Shown: positions 1 to 8,096 of the stretch, in pieces
How positions within the stretch are numbered: the stretch's first letter is position 1
Layout of the letters: the number at the start of each line of letters is the position of its first letter
Assembly: GCA_044870335.1 (NCBI GenBank)
Contig: JBIOYV010000131.1
Location: forward strand, 565-64,564
Source of the DNA: Burkholderiales bacterium
Lineage (GTDB): Bacteria > Pseudomonadota > Gammaproteobacteria > Burkholderiales > SG8-39
DNA: 64,000 bases
Reading direction: 5' to 3'
Translations under genes and position numbers: made by a program
Notes under the pieces: generated by a model
Database searches by the model: none
Seen by the model: only the letters and a program-made list of their open reading frames with translations
Told to the model about the DNA's origin: nothing

Positions 1-230
1 CCAGGCTCGACGTTGAATGCCCGCCCGTGATAGAGCGTGCGATGCTCATGCCAGACGATCTGGTCCCCAGGCGCGGCGATCGACACCTGGACCGCGCCGG
101 GCGCCAAGAAGCGAACCGCAGGCTCGAATCCGGCGATGAAGCTCAAGACCAGGATGCCGCCGAACGTCAGGCCGGCGACGAAGACAGCGCCGGCGAGCGC
201 GTACCAGCCGAGGCCCGGAATCCGCGGCAC
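1..230 (-). CDS. hypothetical membrane protein, 5' portion only (continues past window start)
   Basis: Frame is open on the minus strand from GTG at 230 to the window edge. Translation is VPRIPGLGWYALAGAVFVAGLTFGGILVLSFIAGFEPAV..., with one clear hydrophobic TM-like stretch. It starts 11 nt downstream of the stop of the co-directional gene 241..1461. Confidence 0.35.
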   Translation of the reverse strand, partial: MPRIPGLGWYALAGAVFVAGLTFGGILVLSFIAGFEPAVRFLAPGAVQVSIAAPGDQIVWHEHRTLYHGRAFNVEP

Positions 231-240
231 TGCCCGAGCC

Positions 241-1461
241 TCAGCGGCCGCCGAAGCGCTTGAGGAGTGCGACCATTTCGACGTTGCGGTGCTCTTCGGC
301 GACCCGGACCGCCGGAGCTGGGCTCGCTCCCGCGCGCAGCAAGGCTTCCACGATCGGCGCGTCGCCCTGGGCAGTCGCGACCATGAGCGGCGTCCTGCCC
401 CGGCTGTCGGGCTTGTCGACCCATTTGCCGAGCTTCAGCAGCTCGTTCACTGCGGCGACATCCCGGGCGAGCACCGCGGTCATGAGGTCGTTGTACTTCG
501 GTCCGGAACTGAGCATGAAGCCGGAGGAGGCCGGCGAGGGGTGCGCGGCCCGCACGACGGTCGGCACAGGCCCCTGCTTCTGCTTCGCCGTCGCCGCTTT
601 CGGCTTCGCCGGTTCCTTCAACGTCTTTGCGGGCTCTGGCACCGCCTTCACCGGCTCCGCCACCGCTTTTACCGGCTCCGCCACCGCTTTTACCGGCTCC
701 GTCAGCGCTTTCGCGGGCTCCGCGACCGGCGCAGGCTCGACGAGGGCGACCGGCGCCGGCTTCGGCGCTGGCGCCTCGACTTTCGCGGGGGCCGGCGCCT
801 CGACGTTCACGGGGGCCGGCGCCTTGGCGGCCGGCGCGGGTGGCGGCGCCGGTTTCCTCGGCGCAACCTTCATCGCCGGCGCCGCGGGGCGGGTCGGCTG
901 CCTGAGCGGGTCGTATTGCGCAATGGCGTCCATGGCGATCTTCTCCATCGCTGACTGGACCGCGGAATCGACCACCATCGGCGCGACGAAAACGGGCGTC
1001 GCAAAACCGGCCAGCACTATGAGCAGCGCAGGGAACACCCGCGACACGCCTTCCCGCGCCACATACGTCGCCGCCATGAGGTCGTGCAGCGCCTGCTTGC
1101 GCGGTGTGACCGCGGCGATGACATAGCCCAGCAAGAAGACCGCGCTGGAGAAAATCTTGGCGATCTCGCGCCAGAGCGCCCGCAGGATGGAGATGCGGCG
1201 GCCGTCGAAGCGCGTGACATAGAGGCCGAGAATCGCCTTGCCGAAAGTCGCCCTGAGCCGGGACGCGTGCAGGATCGGCCAGTAGAGGAAGCCGAGCACC
1301 CACACTGCGATCACGGCGAGTGTGATGTCGTCCGGTCCAAGCGCCATGGTGGCGCCTACGAGGAGCACGGACGAAAGGACGAAAACGATTGCGGAGTCGG
1401 CCAGGAGAGCGAGGAACCGGATCCAGAATCCGCCGTACTGCGTACCCGTTGGCTCGGACAT
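241..1461 (-). CDS. RDD-family membrane protein fused to a Pro/Ala-rich repeat linker and C-terminal ankyrin repeats
   Basis: 406-aa ORF. The N-terminus (GGFWIRFLALLADSAIVFVL...) has three hydrophobic segments in the RDD pattern. The centre carries PVKAVAE / APAPAKVE repeats. The C-terminus (DSRGRTPLMVATAQGDAPIVEALLRAGASP) matches the ankyrin consensus. Confidence 0.8.
   Translation of the reverse strand: MSEPTGTQYGGFWIRFLALLADSAIVFVLSSVLLVGATMALGPDDITLAVIAVWVLGFLYWPILHASRLRATFGKAILGLYVTRFDGRRISILRALWREIAKIFSSAVFLLGYVIAAVTPRKQALHDLMAATYVAREGVSRVFPALLIVLAGFATPVFVAPMVVDSAVQSAMEKIAMDAIAQYDPLRQPTRPAAPAMKVAPRKPAPPPAPAAKAPAPVNVEAPAPAKVEAPAPKPAPVALVEPAPVAEPAKALTEPVKAVAEPVKAVAEPVKAVPEPAKTLKEPAKPKAATAKQKQGPVPTVVRAAHPSPASSGFMLSSGPKYNDLMTAVLARDVAAVNELLKLGKWVDKPDSRGRTPLMVATAQGDAPIVEALLRAGASPAPAVRVAEEHRNVEMVALLKRFGGR
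629..733. repeat. In-frame 21-bp tandem repeat (about 5 units; perfect units at 650-670 and 671-691) inside the RDD-ankyrin gene
   Basis: Read directly: accggctccgccaccgctttt occurs twice in tandem, flanked by degenerate units (gcgggctctggcaccgccttc, accggctccgtcagcgctttc, gcgggctccgcgaccggcgca). It encodes AEPVKAV heptads. Confidence 0.8.
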
Positions 1462-1543
1462 TGTTGTTTGACCTCCGAGCGCAGATTATTCCGGGTGTAC
1501 CAATAGAATCAAGGCACTATTTACGCCTTGCGGCCCCGGCCCC

Positions 1544-2884
1544 TCAGGCAACTTGCTGCAGCACCTCGCGAAGCGTCTGGTACAGCCGATCGATCTGGGG
1601 CTTCTCGACGATGAGCGGCGGGGACAGCGCGACGATGTCCGCCGTCACACGGATCAGCACCCCGGTTTCGAAGGCCTTCACGAACGCCTCGTAGGCGCGC
1701 TGGCCGGGCGCCCCGGGACGGGGCTCGAGCTCGATCGCCGCCACCAGGCCGCAATTGCGGATGTCGATCACGTGCCGCGTGCCCTTCAGGGAATGCGCCG
1801 CGTCTTCCCAGTACTTCTCGAGCGCCTGAGCGCGGGTGAGGAGGCTCTCGTCCTCGTAGGTCTCGAGCGTGCCAATACCCGCGGCACAGGCAAGGGGGTG
1901 GCCCGAATAGGTGTAGCCGTGAAAGAGTTCGATGCCCGATGAGGAAGATCCGGGCCCTTGCATGAACGCCTCGTAGAGGGAATTCTTCAGGAACACGGCG
2001 CCCATCGGCACGGTCCCGTTGGTGAGGCCCTTTGCCGTGGTGAAGAGGTCCGGGACGACCCCGAAGCGCTGCGAAGCAAAGGGATGGCCCAGGCGGCCGA
2101 ATCCGGTGATCACCTCGTCGAAGATGAGGAGGATGCCATGCCGCGTGCAGATCTCCCGCAGGCGCTCGAGATAGCCTTTCGGCGGCACCAGCACGCCGGC
2201 CGAACCCGCCACCGGCTCGACGATCACCGCCGCGATCGTCGACGGATCGTGCAGCGCGCAGAGCCGCTCCAGCTCGTCCGCGAATTCCAAGCCCTTTTCC
2301 GGCTGCCCGCGCGAGAACGCATTTCGTCCCAGGTCGTGCGTATGGCGGATATGGTCTACGCCGGCTACGCCCGGTCCGAACATCTTCTTGTTCGCCTGCA
2401 ACCCGCCCACCGCCATGCCGCCGAAGTTGACGCCGTGATAGCCGCGCTCACGTCCGATGAGGCGGAAGCGCTGCGCTTCGCCGCGCGCCCGATGGTAGGC
2501 GAGCGCGATCTTGAGCGCGGTGTCGACCGATTCCGAGCCGGAGTTGGTGAAAAACACCCGCGAGAAGCCCTCGGGAGCGATGCGCGCGAGCCGCTCGGCG
2601 AACTCGAAGGCGATCGGATGGCCCATCTGGAAGGTGGGGGCGAAGTCCATCGTGGCGACCTGGCGCTTGACCGCCTCGACGATCTTCGGGCGGCAATGCC
2701 CCGCGTTCACGCACCACAGCCCGGCAGTGCCGTCGAGCACCTCGCGGCCTTCGGGCGTCCAGTAGTACATGCCTTCGGCGCGCGCGAGCAGGCGCGGCGC
2801 CTTCTTGAATTGGCGGTTCGCCGTGAACGGCATCCAGAAGGCCGCCTGCTCGAGGTCGGAACCGAATTCGGCGCGCTTGTTCAT
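1544..2884 (-). CDS. class-III PLP aminotransferase, omega-amino acid (beta-alanine/putrescine-type):pyruvate transaminase
   Basis: 446 aa. Motifs FWMPFTANRQF, GLWCVNAGH, FFTNSGSESVDTALK and RGYHGVNFGG closely resemble Pseudomonas-type omega-amino-acid:pyruvate aminotransferases. Confidence 0.9.
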   Translation of the reverse strand: MNKRAEFGSDLEQAAFWMPFTANRQFKKAPRLLARAEGMYYWTPEGREVLDGTAGLWCVNAGHCRPKIVEAVKRQVATMDFAPTFQMGHPIAFEFAERLARIAPEGFSRVFFTNSGSESVDTALKIALAYHRARGEAQRFRLIGRERGYHGVNFGGMAVGGLQANKKMFGPGVAGVDHIRHTHDLGRNAFSRGQPEKGLEFADELERLCALHDPSTIAAVIVEPVAGSAGVLVPPKGYLERLREICTRHGILLIFDEVITGFGRLGHPFASQRFGVVPDLFTTAKGLTNGTVPMGAVFLKNSLYEAFMQGPGSSSSGIELFHGYTYSGHPLACAAGIGTLETYEDESLLTRAQALEKYWEDAAHSLKGTRHVIDIRNCGLVAAIELEPRPGAPGQRAYEAFVKAFETGVLIRVTADIVALSPPLIVEKPQIDRLYQTLREVLQQVA

Positions 2885-2919
2885 GCAGAGACATTACACT
2901 GTCCGGGGGAGAAAAAAGC

Positions 2920-3246
2920 ATGCGGCAGCGCAGAAAACGAAGTGCCGCGATCACGCTGTTGCTGGCTGGAACGATGTCGGGCTGCGGCGAGCCCGTGCCG
3001 CAGCAGGACGTTTACCGCTCGCTAACGGACTGCCAGCGCGACTGGGGCGATCCGCAGCAGTGTCAGCCGGTGCGCGACGGCCGCTACGCGCCTTCCTACT
3101 ACTACGGACCGTCTCGATATGGCTCGAGCTACACCGACGGCCGCCCCAAGCCGAGCGACAATGCGATGGACGCCGTCAAAAGCAGCCAGCCGGTCAGCCG
3201 CGGCGGCTTCGGCAGCACTGCGCGCTCCTTTTTCTCCGGCAGCTAG
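2920..3246 (+). CDS. ygiB: DUF1190 (YgiB/YjfM-like) lipoprotein
   Basis: 108 aa. Lipobox LLAGTMSGC. Tyr/Gly/Ser-rich body (APSYYYGPSRYGSSYTDGRP). RBS gggggag lies upstream. Its stop TAG overlaps the GTG start of the next gene (TAGTG). Confidence 0.75.
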   Translation: MRQRRKRSAAITLLLAGTMSGCGEPVPQQDVYRSLTDCQRDWGDPQQCQPVRDGRYAPSYYYGPSRYGSSYTDGRPKPSDNAMDAVKSSQPVSRGGFGSTARSFFSGS

Positions 3247-4367
3247 TGCGGCGCGAGACGATCGAGCCGCGTTCCGACTGGCGCCGCCGCTGCGCCGAGA
3301 TCGGCTTTTCGTGGCATTCGATGGGCGGCGTGTACTGGGACGAGTCGGCCTGCTATGCCTTCGACGAAGCGCAGATCGAGCACCTCGAGTCCGTCACCTC
3401 CGAGCTGCACGCGATGTGCCTGCGCGCCGCGGCGGAAGTGGTGGCGGCGCGGAGCTTCGCGCAGTTCGCGATTCCCGAAGCCTTCCACGAACTCGTCGCC
3501 CGATCGTGGCGCGGCGCCGAGCCTACGCTCTACGGGCGCTTCGACCTGAGCTGGGACGGCCGCGGCGAGCCCAAGCTGCTCGAGTACAACGCCGACACGC
3601 CCACTGCGCTGCTCGAAGCTTCGGTCGTGCAGTGGCAATGGCTGGAGGACGCAAGATCGCGAGCCGATCAGTTCAACTCGCTGCATGAGAAGCTGGTCGA
3701 GCGCTGGAAGGCGCTCGCCACCGTCGCCGGACCGAACCGGCTGCACCTCGCCTGCGTGCGCGACAGCGAAGAGGACCTCGGCAACGTCGAATACCTCCGC
3801 GACTGCGCCCTGCAGGCGGGCTGGGACGCGCGGCCGCTCCATGTCGAGGACCTCGGCTGGGACGGGGAGCGCTTCGTTGACCTGGAACACGAGCCGGTGC
3901 AGACGCTCTTCAAGCTCTATCCGTGGGAATGGCTGGTGCGCGAGGAGTTCGGCGCGCACCTCACCTCGACGAGCATGAAGATCCTCGAGCCGGCTTGGAA
4001 GCTACTGCTTTCCAACAAGGCGCTGCTCGTCGCGCTGTGGCACCTCTATCCCGGGCACGCGAACCTGCTGCCCGCCTACTTCGACGCCGACGCTTTCTCG
4101 GGCGAGTACGTCAAGAAGCCGCTCCTCGCGCGCGAGGGCGCGAACGTGACCTTGAAGACGAGGGACGGCGAGCTCACCGAGGGGGGCGGGTACGGAACGG
4201 AAGGCTTCATCTACCAGGGCGTTGCCAAGCTGCCCGACTTCGGCGGCCGCTACCCGGTGATCGGCTCATGGATCGTCGGCGACCAGCCCGCGGGAATCGG
4301 CATCCGCGAGGACGAGAGCCCCATTACGCGAAACAGCAGCCGCTTCGTGCCGCACTACTTCACCTAG
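3246..4367 (+). CDS. ygiC: glutathionylspermidine-synthase-like pre-ATP-grasp acid-amine ligase (YgiC/YjfC family)
   Basis: GTG at 3246 is in frame with track ORF 2769..4367. Translation VRRETIEPRSDWRRRCAEIGFSWHSMGGVYWDESACY...YGRFDLSWDG...EYNADTPT...REGANV matches the YgiC/YjfC family layout. The upstream part of the track ORF overlaps ygiB and was rejected. Confidence 0.85.
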   Translation: MRRETIEPRSDWRRRCAEIGFSWHSMGGVYWDESACYAFDEAQIEHLESVTSELHAMCLRAAAEVVAARSFAQFAIPEAFHELVARSWRGAEPTLYGRFDLSWDGRGEPKLLEYNADTPTALLEASVVQWQWLEDARSRADQFNSLHEKLVERWKALATVAGPNRLHLACVRDSEEDLGNVEYLRDCALQAGWDARPLHVEDLGWDGERFVDLEHEPVQTLFKLYPWEWLVREEFGAHLTSTSMKILEPAWKLLLSNKALLVALWHLYPGHANLLPAYFDADAFSGEYVKKPLLAREGANVTLKTRDGELTEGGGYGTEGFIYQGVAKLPDFGGRYPVIGSWIVGDQPAGIGIREDESPITRNSSRFVPHYFT

Positions 4368-4376
4368 GGAACCCGA

Positions 4377-4787
4377 ATGGACTTCCTCAAGTTCTCGCTT
4401 TCCGGCTTCGACGACTTCCTGCTGTACTTCGGGCTGTCGGTCGGCTTCGTCTTGCTCTACCTGGCGATCTACGTGCGCGTAACGCCCTACCGCGAGTTCG
4501 CGCTGATCCGCGCGGGCAATCCCGCCGCGGCGGCGAGCCTGTCGGGCAGCCTGATCGGCTTCGTGCTGCCGCTGGCGAGCGCGGTGGTGAACAGTTTGAA
4601 TCCGTGGGACATGGCGCTGTGGGCCGCGATCGCGCTGGTAGTGCAGATCGCAATCTACCTCGTCGTGCGCCTGATCGTCCCCGACGTGACGCGCCACATC
4701 CCCGAAGGCAAGGTCGGGGCCGGGGTGTTTCTCGGCGTGGTGTCGCTGGCGGCGGGCATCCTCAACGCCGCCAGCATGACTTACTAG
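4377..4787 (+). CDS. DUF350 (YjfL-like) inner-membrane protein
   Basis: 136 aa with four hydrophobic segments. Starts 9 nt after the ygiC-like gene. The family co-occurs with YjfC/YjfM in E. coli. Confidence 0.8.
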   Translation: MDFLKFSLSGFDDFLLYFGLSVGFVLLYLAIYVRVTPYREFALIRAGNPAAAASLSGSLIGFVLPLASAVVNSLNPWDMALWAAIALVVQIAIYLVVRLIVPDVTRHIPEGKVGAGVFLGVVSLAAGILNAASMTY

Positions 4788-5632
4788 CCCTGATAGGGGA
4801 CGACCTTCTGCTTCTGCACGCCCAGGCGCTGGATGCTGAGCGTCATGACGTCGCCCGGCTTCAGGAACACCGGCGTCGGCTTGATGCCCAGGCCCACGCC
4901 GGGCGGGGTGCCGGTGGCGATGATGTCTCCGGGAAGCAGCGTCATGTACTGGCTGACGTGCGAGATGATCTTGGCCACGCCGAAAATCATGGTGCGCGTA
5001 TTGCCGGTCTGCATGCGCTGACCGTTCACGTCGAGCGCCATGTCGAGGTTCTGCGGATCGGGGATCTCGTCGGTCGTGACGAGCCAGGGACCGATCGGCC
5101 CGGCGGTGTCGAAGCCCTTGCCCTTGTCCCACTGGCTGGTCGCCATCTGGAACGAGCGCTCGGAAACGTCATTGACGATGCAGTAGCCGGCGACGTGGCT
5201 GAGCGCCTCGGCCTCGCTCACGTACTTCGCGGTGGTGCCGATGACCACGCCGAGCTCGACCTCCCAGTCGAGCTTGGTCGACCCCCTGGGCTGGATCACG
5301 TCGTCGCTCGGCCCGCTGATGCTCGTGGTGGCCTTCATGAACACGATGGGCTCCGACGGGATCGGCATGCCGGCTTCCTTGGCATGGTCGGAATAGTTGA
5401 GGCCGATGGCGACGAACTTGCCGATGCCGACGTACGGCACGCCCAAGCGCGGGCTGCTGTTCACGAGCGGCAGCGTGTCCGCCTTGAGGCGCGACAGCGT
5501 CTTCAGCTGGCGCGGCGAAATCTCGTCCGGGCCGATGTTGTCGATCACCTTCGAGAGATCGCGCAGGCGGCCTTCGCCGTCGATCACGCCCGGTTTCTCG
5601 TAGCCGGGCTTGCCATATCGGCACAGCTTCAT
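4784..5632 (-). CDS. fumarylacetoacetate hydrolase (FAH) family protein, candidate 2,4-diketo-3-deoxy-sugar-acid hydrolase
   Basis: 282 aa. N-terminus MKLCRYG..PGVIDGEG and the C-terminal catalytic region (GDIIATGTPPGVG) are typical of the FAH family. Its start overlaps the stop of the upstream SDR gene by 4 nt. Confidence 0.85.
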   Translation of the reverse strand: MKLCRYGKPGYEKPGVIDGEGRLRDLSKVIDNIGPDEISPRQLKTLSRLKADTLPLVNSSPRLGVPYVGIGKFVAIGLNYSDHAKEAGMPIPSEPIVFMKATTSISGPSDDVIQPRGSTKLDWEVELGVVIGTTAKYVSEAEALSHVAGYCIVNDVSERSFQMATSQWDKGKGFDTAGPIGPWLVTTDEIPDPQNLDMALDVNGQRMQTGNTRTMIFGVAKIISHVSQYMTLLPGDIIATGTPPGVGLGIKPTPVFLKPGDVMTLSIQRLGVQKQKVVPYQG

Positions 5633-6369
5633 ATCGTCATTCCCCCGTCGATCGAATAGGCGTTCCCGGTGGCGAACAGCGATTCGTCCGAGGCGAGGAA
5701 CACCAGGATCCCCGTGATGTCGTCCACCGTGCCCAGCCGCCCCATGGGCTGGCGCGCGACGAAATCCTTGCGCGCCTGCACCGGGTCGGCGAAGGCGTTG
5801 ATCCTTCCCTGCAGCGACGGCGTATCGACCGTGCCGGGGCAGATGGCGTTGCAGCGGATGCCTTTACTAACGAAGTCGGCGGCGATCGACTTGGTGAGCC
5901 CGATGACCGCGGCCTTGCTCGCCCCATAGACGAAGCGGTTGGGCAGCCCGCGGATGGACGAGGCCACCGAAGCCATGTTGATGATCGATCCGCGCCCCTT
6001 CTTCAGCATGCCCGGAATGAACGCGCGCGACACCAGGAACATCGATCTTACGTTGACGGCGAAGCCCTGGTCCCAGTCCTTCGGGGTGGCGTCGAGGATG
6101 CTGCCGTGGTGGACGATGCCGGCGCAGTTGAAGAGCACGTCTACGTCGCCGGCTTCGCGCGCCACCTTGGCGATGGCCGCCTCGTCGGTGACGTCCAGTA
6201 CCCCGGTTCGGATGCCTTGTTTCCCCTCGAGGTCGGAAAGCGCAGAGGCATTCACGTCGGTGGCCCGGACCTGCGCCCCTTCGCGAGCGAAGGCGAGCGC
6301 CGCGGCGCGTCCCATCCCCTGCGCCGCGGCGGTGACAAACGCTACCTTGCCTTGCAGACGTCCTGCCAT
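5629..6369 (-). CDS. SDR oxidoreductase, candidate 2-keto-3-deoxy-sugar-acid 4-dehydrogenase
   Basis: 246 aa. Contains TAAAQGMG (TGxxxGxG-type), NCAG and YGASKAAV (YxxxK). Similar to the DHRS6/BDH2-like group that includes 2-keto-3-deoxy-L-fuconate dehydrogenase. Confidence 0.85.
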   Translation of the reverse strand: MAGRLQGKVAFVTAAAQGMGRAAALAFAREGAQVRATDVNASALSDLEGKQGIRTGVLDVTDEAAIAKVAREAGDVDVLFNCAGIVHHGSILDATPKDWDQGFAVNVRSMFLVSRAFIPGMLKKGRGSIINMASVASSIRGLPNRFVYGASKAAVIGLTKSIAADFVSKGIRCNAICPGTVDTPSLQGRINAFADPVQARKDFVARQPMGRLGTVDDITGILVFLASDESLFATGNAYSIDGGMTI

Positions 6370-6397
6370 GAGGGCAGCGATTATACTTCGCGTAACC

Positions 6398-7099
6398 GTG
6401 AATCAGCTTGATTTCGCAGGCCGGACCGCAGTGGTCACCGGTGGCGCGCAGGGCATCGGCGCCGCGATCGTGGAACGGCTGCGCAGCTCGGGCGCGCGGG
6501 TGCAGATCTGGGACCTCGACGGCACGCCGAGAGTGGACGTGTCCGACCCGGCCTCGGTGGCCGAAGCGCTGAAGTACGCGCTGAAGGAGCTCGGCAAGAT
6601 CGACGTGCTGGTGAACAACGCCGGCATCGCCGGCCAGAACGTGCCGAGCGTCGAGTACCCGATCCAGGAATGGGAGCGGGTGCTGCGCGTCAACCTCACC
6701 AGCCAGTTTCTGTGCTGCCGCGCCGTGGCGCCGCACATGGTCAACGCGCGCTACGGCCGGATCGTGAACATCGCCTCCGTCGCCGGGAAGGAAGGCAACC
6801 CGAACGCGGTGGCGTACTCGGCGTCCAAGGCGGGCGTGATCTCGCTCACCAAGTCGCTCGGCAAGGAGCTCGCGCAGACCGGCGTGCTGGTCAACTGCGT
6901 GACCCCGGCGGCGGCCAAGACCGCGATCTTCGAGCAGATGACCGAAAACCACATCCAGTACATGCTTTCGAAGATCCCGATGAACCGCTTCGTCAACGTC
7001 GACGAGGTAGCGGCGCTGGTGTGCTGGCTCGCGAGCGAGGAGTGCTCGTTCTCGACCGGCGGGGTGTTCGATATCTCGGGCGGCCGGGCCACTTATTGA
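6398..7099 (+). CDS. SDR oxidoreductase (3-oxoacyl-ACP-reductase-like; possible sugar 1-dehydrogenase)
   Basis: GTG at 6398 is in frame with track ORF 5939..7099. Contains VNQLDFAGRTAVVTGGAQGIG, NNAG and YSASKAGV. The upstream part of the ORF is antisense to the neighbouring SDR. Confidence 0.8.
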   Translation: MNQLDFAGRTAVVTGGAQGIGAAIVERLRSSGARVQIWDLDGTPRVDVSDPASVAEALKYALKELGKIDVLVNNAGIAGQNVPSVEYPIQEWERVLRVNLTSQFLCCRAVAPHMVNARYGRIVNIASVAGKEGNPNAVAYSASKAGVISLTKSLGKELAQTGVLVNCVTPAAAKTAIFEQMTENHIQYMLSKIPMNRFVNVDEVAALVCWLASEECSFSTGGVFDISGGRATY

Positions 7100-7125
7100 C
7101 GTCAATCGGTGAGGAGGAGGGATTC

Positions 7126-8091
7126 ATGAAGTTCCGTCTGCTTGCACTCGCGTTGCTTGCCGTAGTGCCCGCCTTGGGGCTGGCGCAGCAGAAGCTCAAG
7201 TTCGCGCACGTGTACGAGACCTCGGAGCCCTACCACAGCTACGCAGTCTGGGCAGCCGGGGAGATCGCCAAGCGCACCAACAACCGCTACACGATGGACG
7301 TCTTCGCCGCCTCGCAGCTCGGCAACGAGACCCAGATCAACCAGTCGCTGTCCCTGGGCACCGTGGACCTGATCTACACCGGGCAGGCGTTCGCGGCGCG
7401 CACCTACCCGCCGCTGTCGATCGGCGGCGCGCCCTACATGTTCCGCGACTTCGACCACTGGAAGAAGTACTCGCAGAGCAAGGTGCTCACCGATCTGACC
7501 GATGCCTACTTCAAGAAAGGCGGCAACCGGCCGATCGCCGCGTTCTACTACGGCGTGCGCCACACCACCGCTAACAAGGCCATCAACAAGCCCGAGGACA
7601 TGAAGGGCCTGAAGCTGCGCGTGCCCGACGCGCCGCTCTACATCATGTACCCGAAGGTGCTCGGGGCCAACGCGACGCCGATCGCCTTTGCCGAGGTCTA
7701 TCTCGCGCTGCAGAACAAGACCGTCGACTCGCAGGAAAATCCGCTGCCGACCATCCTCGCCAAGAAGTTCTACGAGGTCCAGACGCACGTGAACCTCACC
7801 GGCCACATCACCGAGATGCTGCTCGCCATCGTCGGCGGCCACGTGTGGAGCAAGCTCTCGGACGCCGACAAGAAAGTATTCGAGACGGTGTTTCGCGAGG
7901 CCGCGGAGAAGTCGAACGCCGAGATCGCGCAATCCGAGCAGCAGCTGGTGACCGATTTCGCCAGCAAGTACGGCAAGACGGTGGTGAAGTCCGACCGCGA
8001 CGCGTTCAAGAAAGTCTTCAGCAAGTTCCACGTCGGCGGCGACGTGCCCTGGGACAAGGCGCTCTACGACAAAGTCCAGGCCATCAAGTAG
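7126..8091 (+). CDS. dctP: TRAP transporter substrate-binding protein (DctP family)
   Basis: ATG at 7126 is preceded by gaggaggagg. Signal peptide MKFRLLALALLAVVPALGLAQQ. DctP-family body. Confidence 0.9.
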   Translation: MKFRLLALALLAVVPALGLAQQKLKFAHVYETSEPYHSYAVWAAGEIAKRTNNRYTMDVFAASQLGNETQINQSLSLGTVDLIYTGQAFAARTYPPLSIGGAPYMFRDFDHWKKYSQSKVLTDLTDAYFKKGGNRPIAAFYYGVRHTTANKAINKPEDMKGLKLRVPDAPLYIMYPKVLGANATPIAFAEVYLALQNKTVDSQENPLPTILAKKFYEVQTHVNLTGHITEMLLAIVGGHVWSKLSDADKKVFETVFREAAEKSNAEIAQSEQQLVTDFASKYGKTVVKSDRDAFKKVFSKFHVGGDVPWDKALYDKVQAIK

Positions 8092-8096
8092 CCTTC

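Noticed and set aside
2769-3245. N-terminal extension of the ygiC-like ORF (532-aa version)
   Set aside because: It overlaps the aminotransferase 5' end and the whole ygiB-like gene. The conserved family sequence starts right after GTG 3246.
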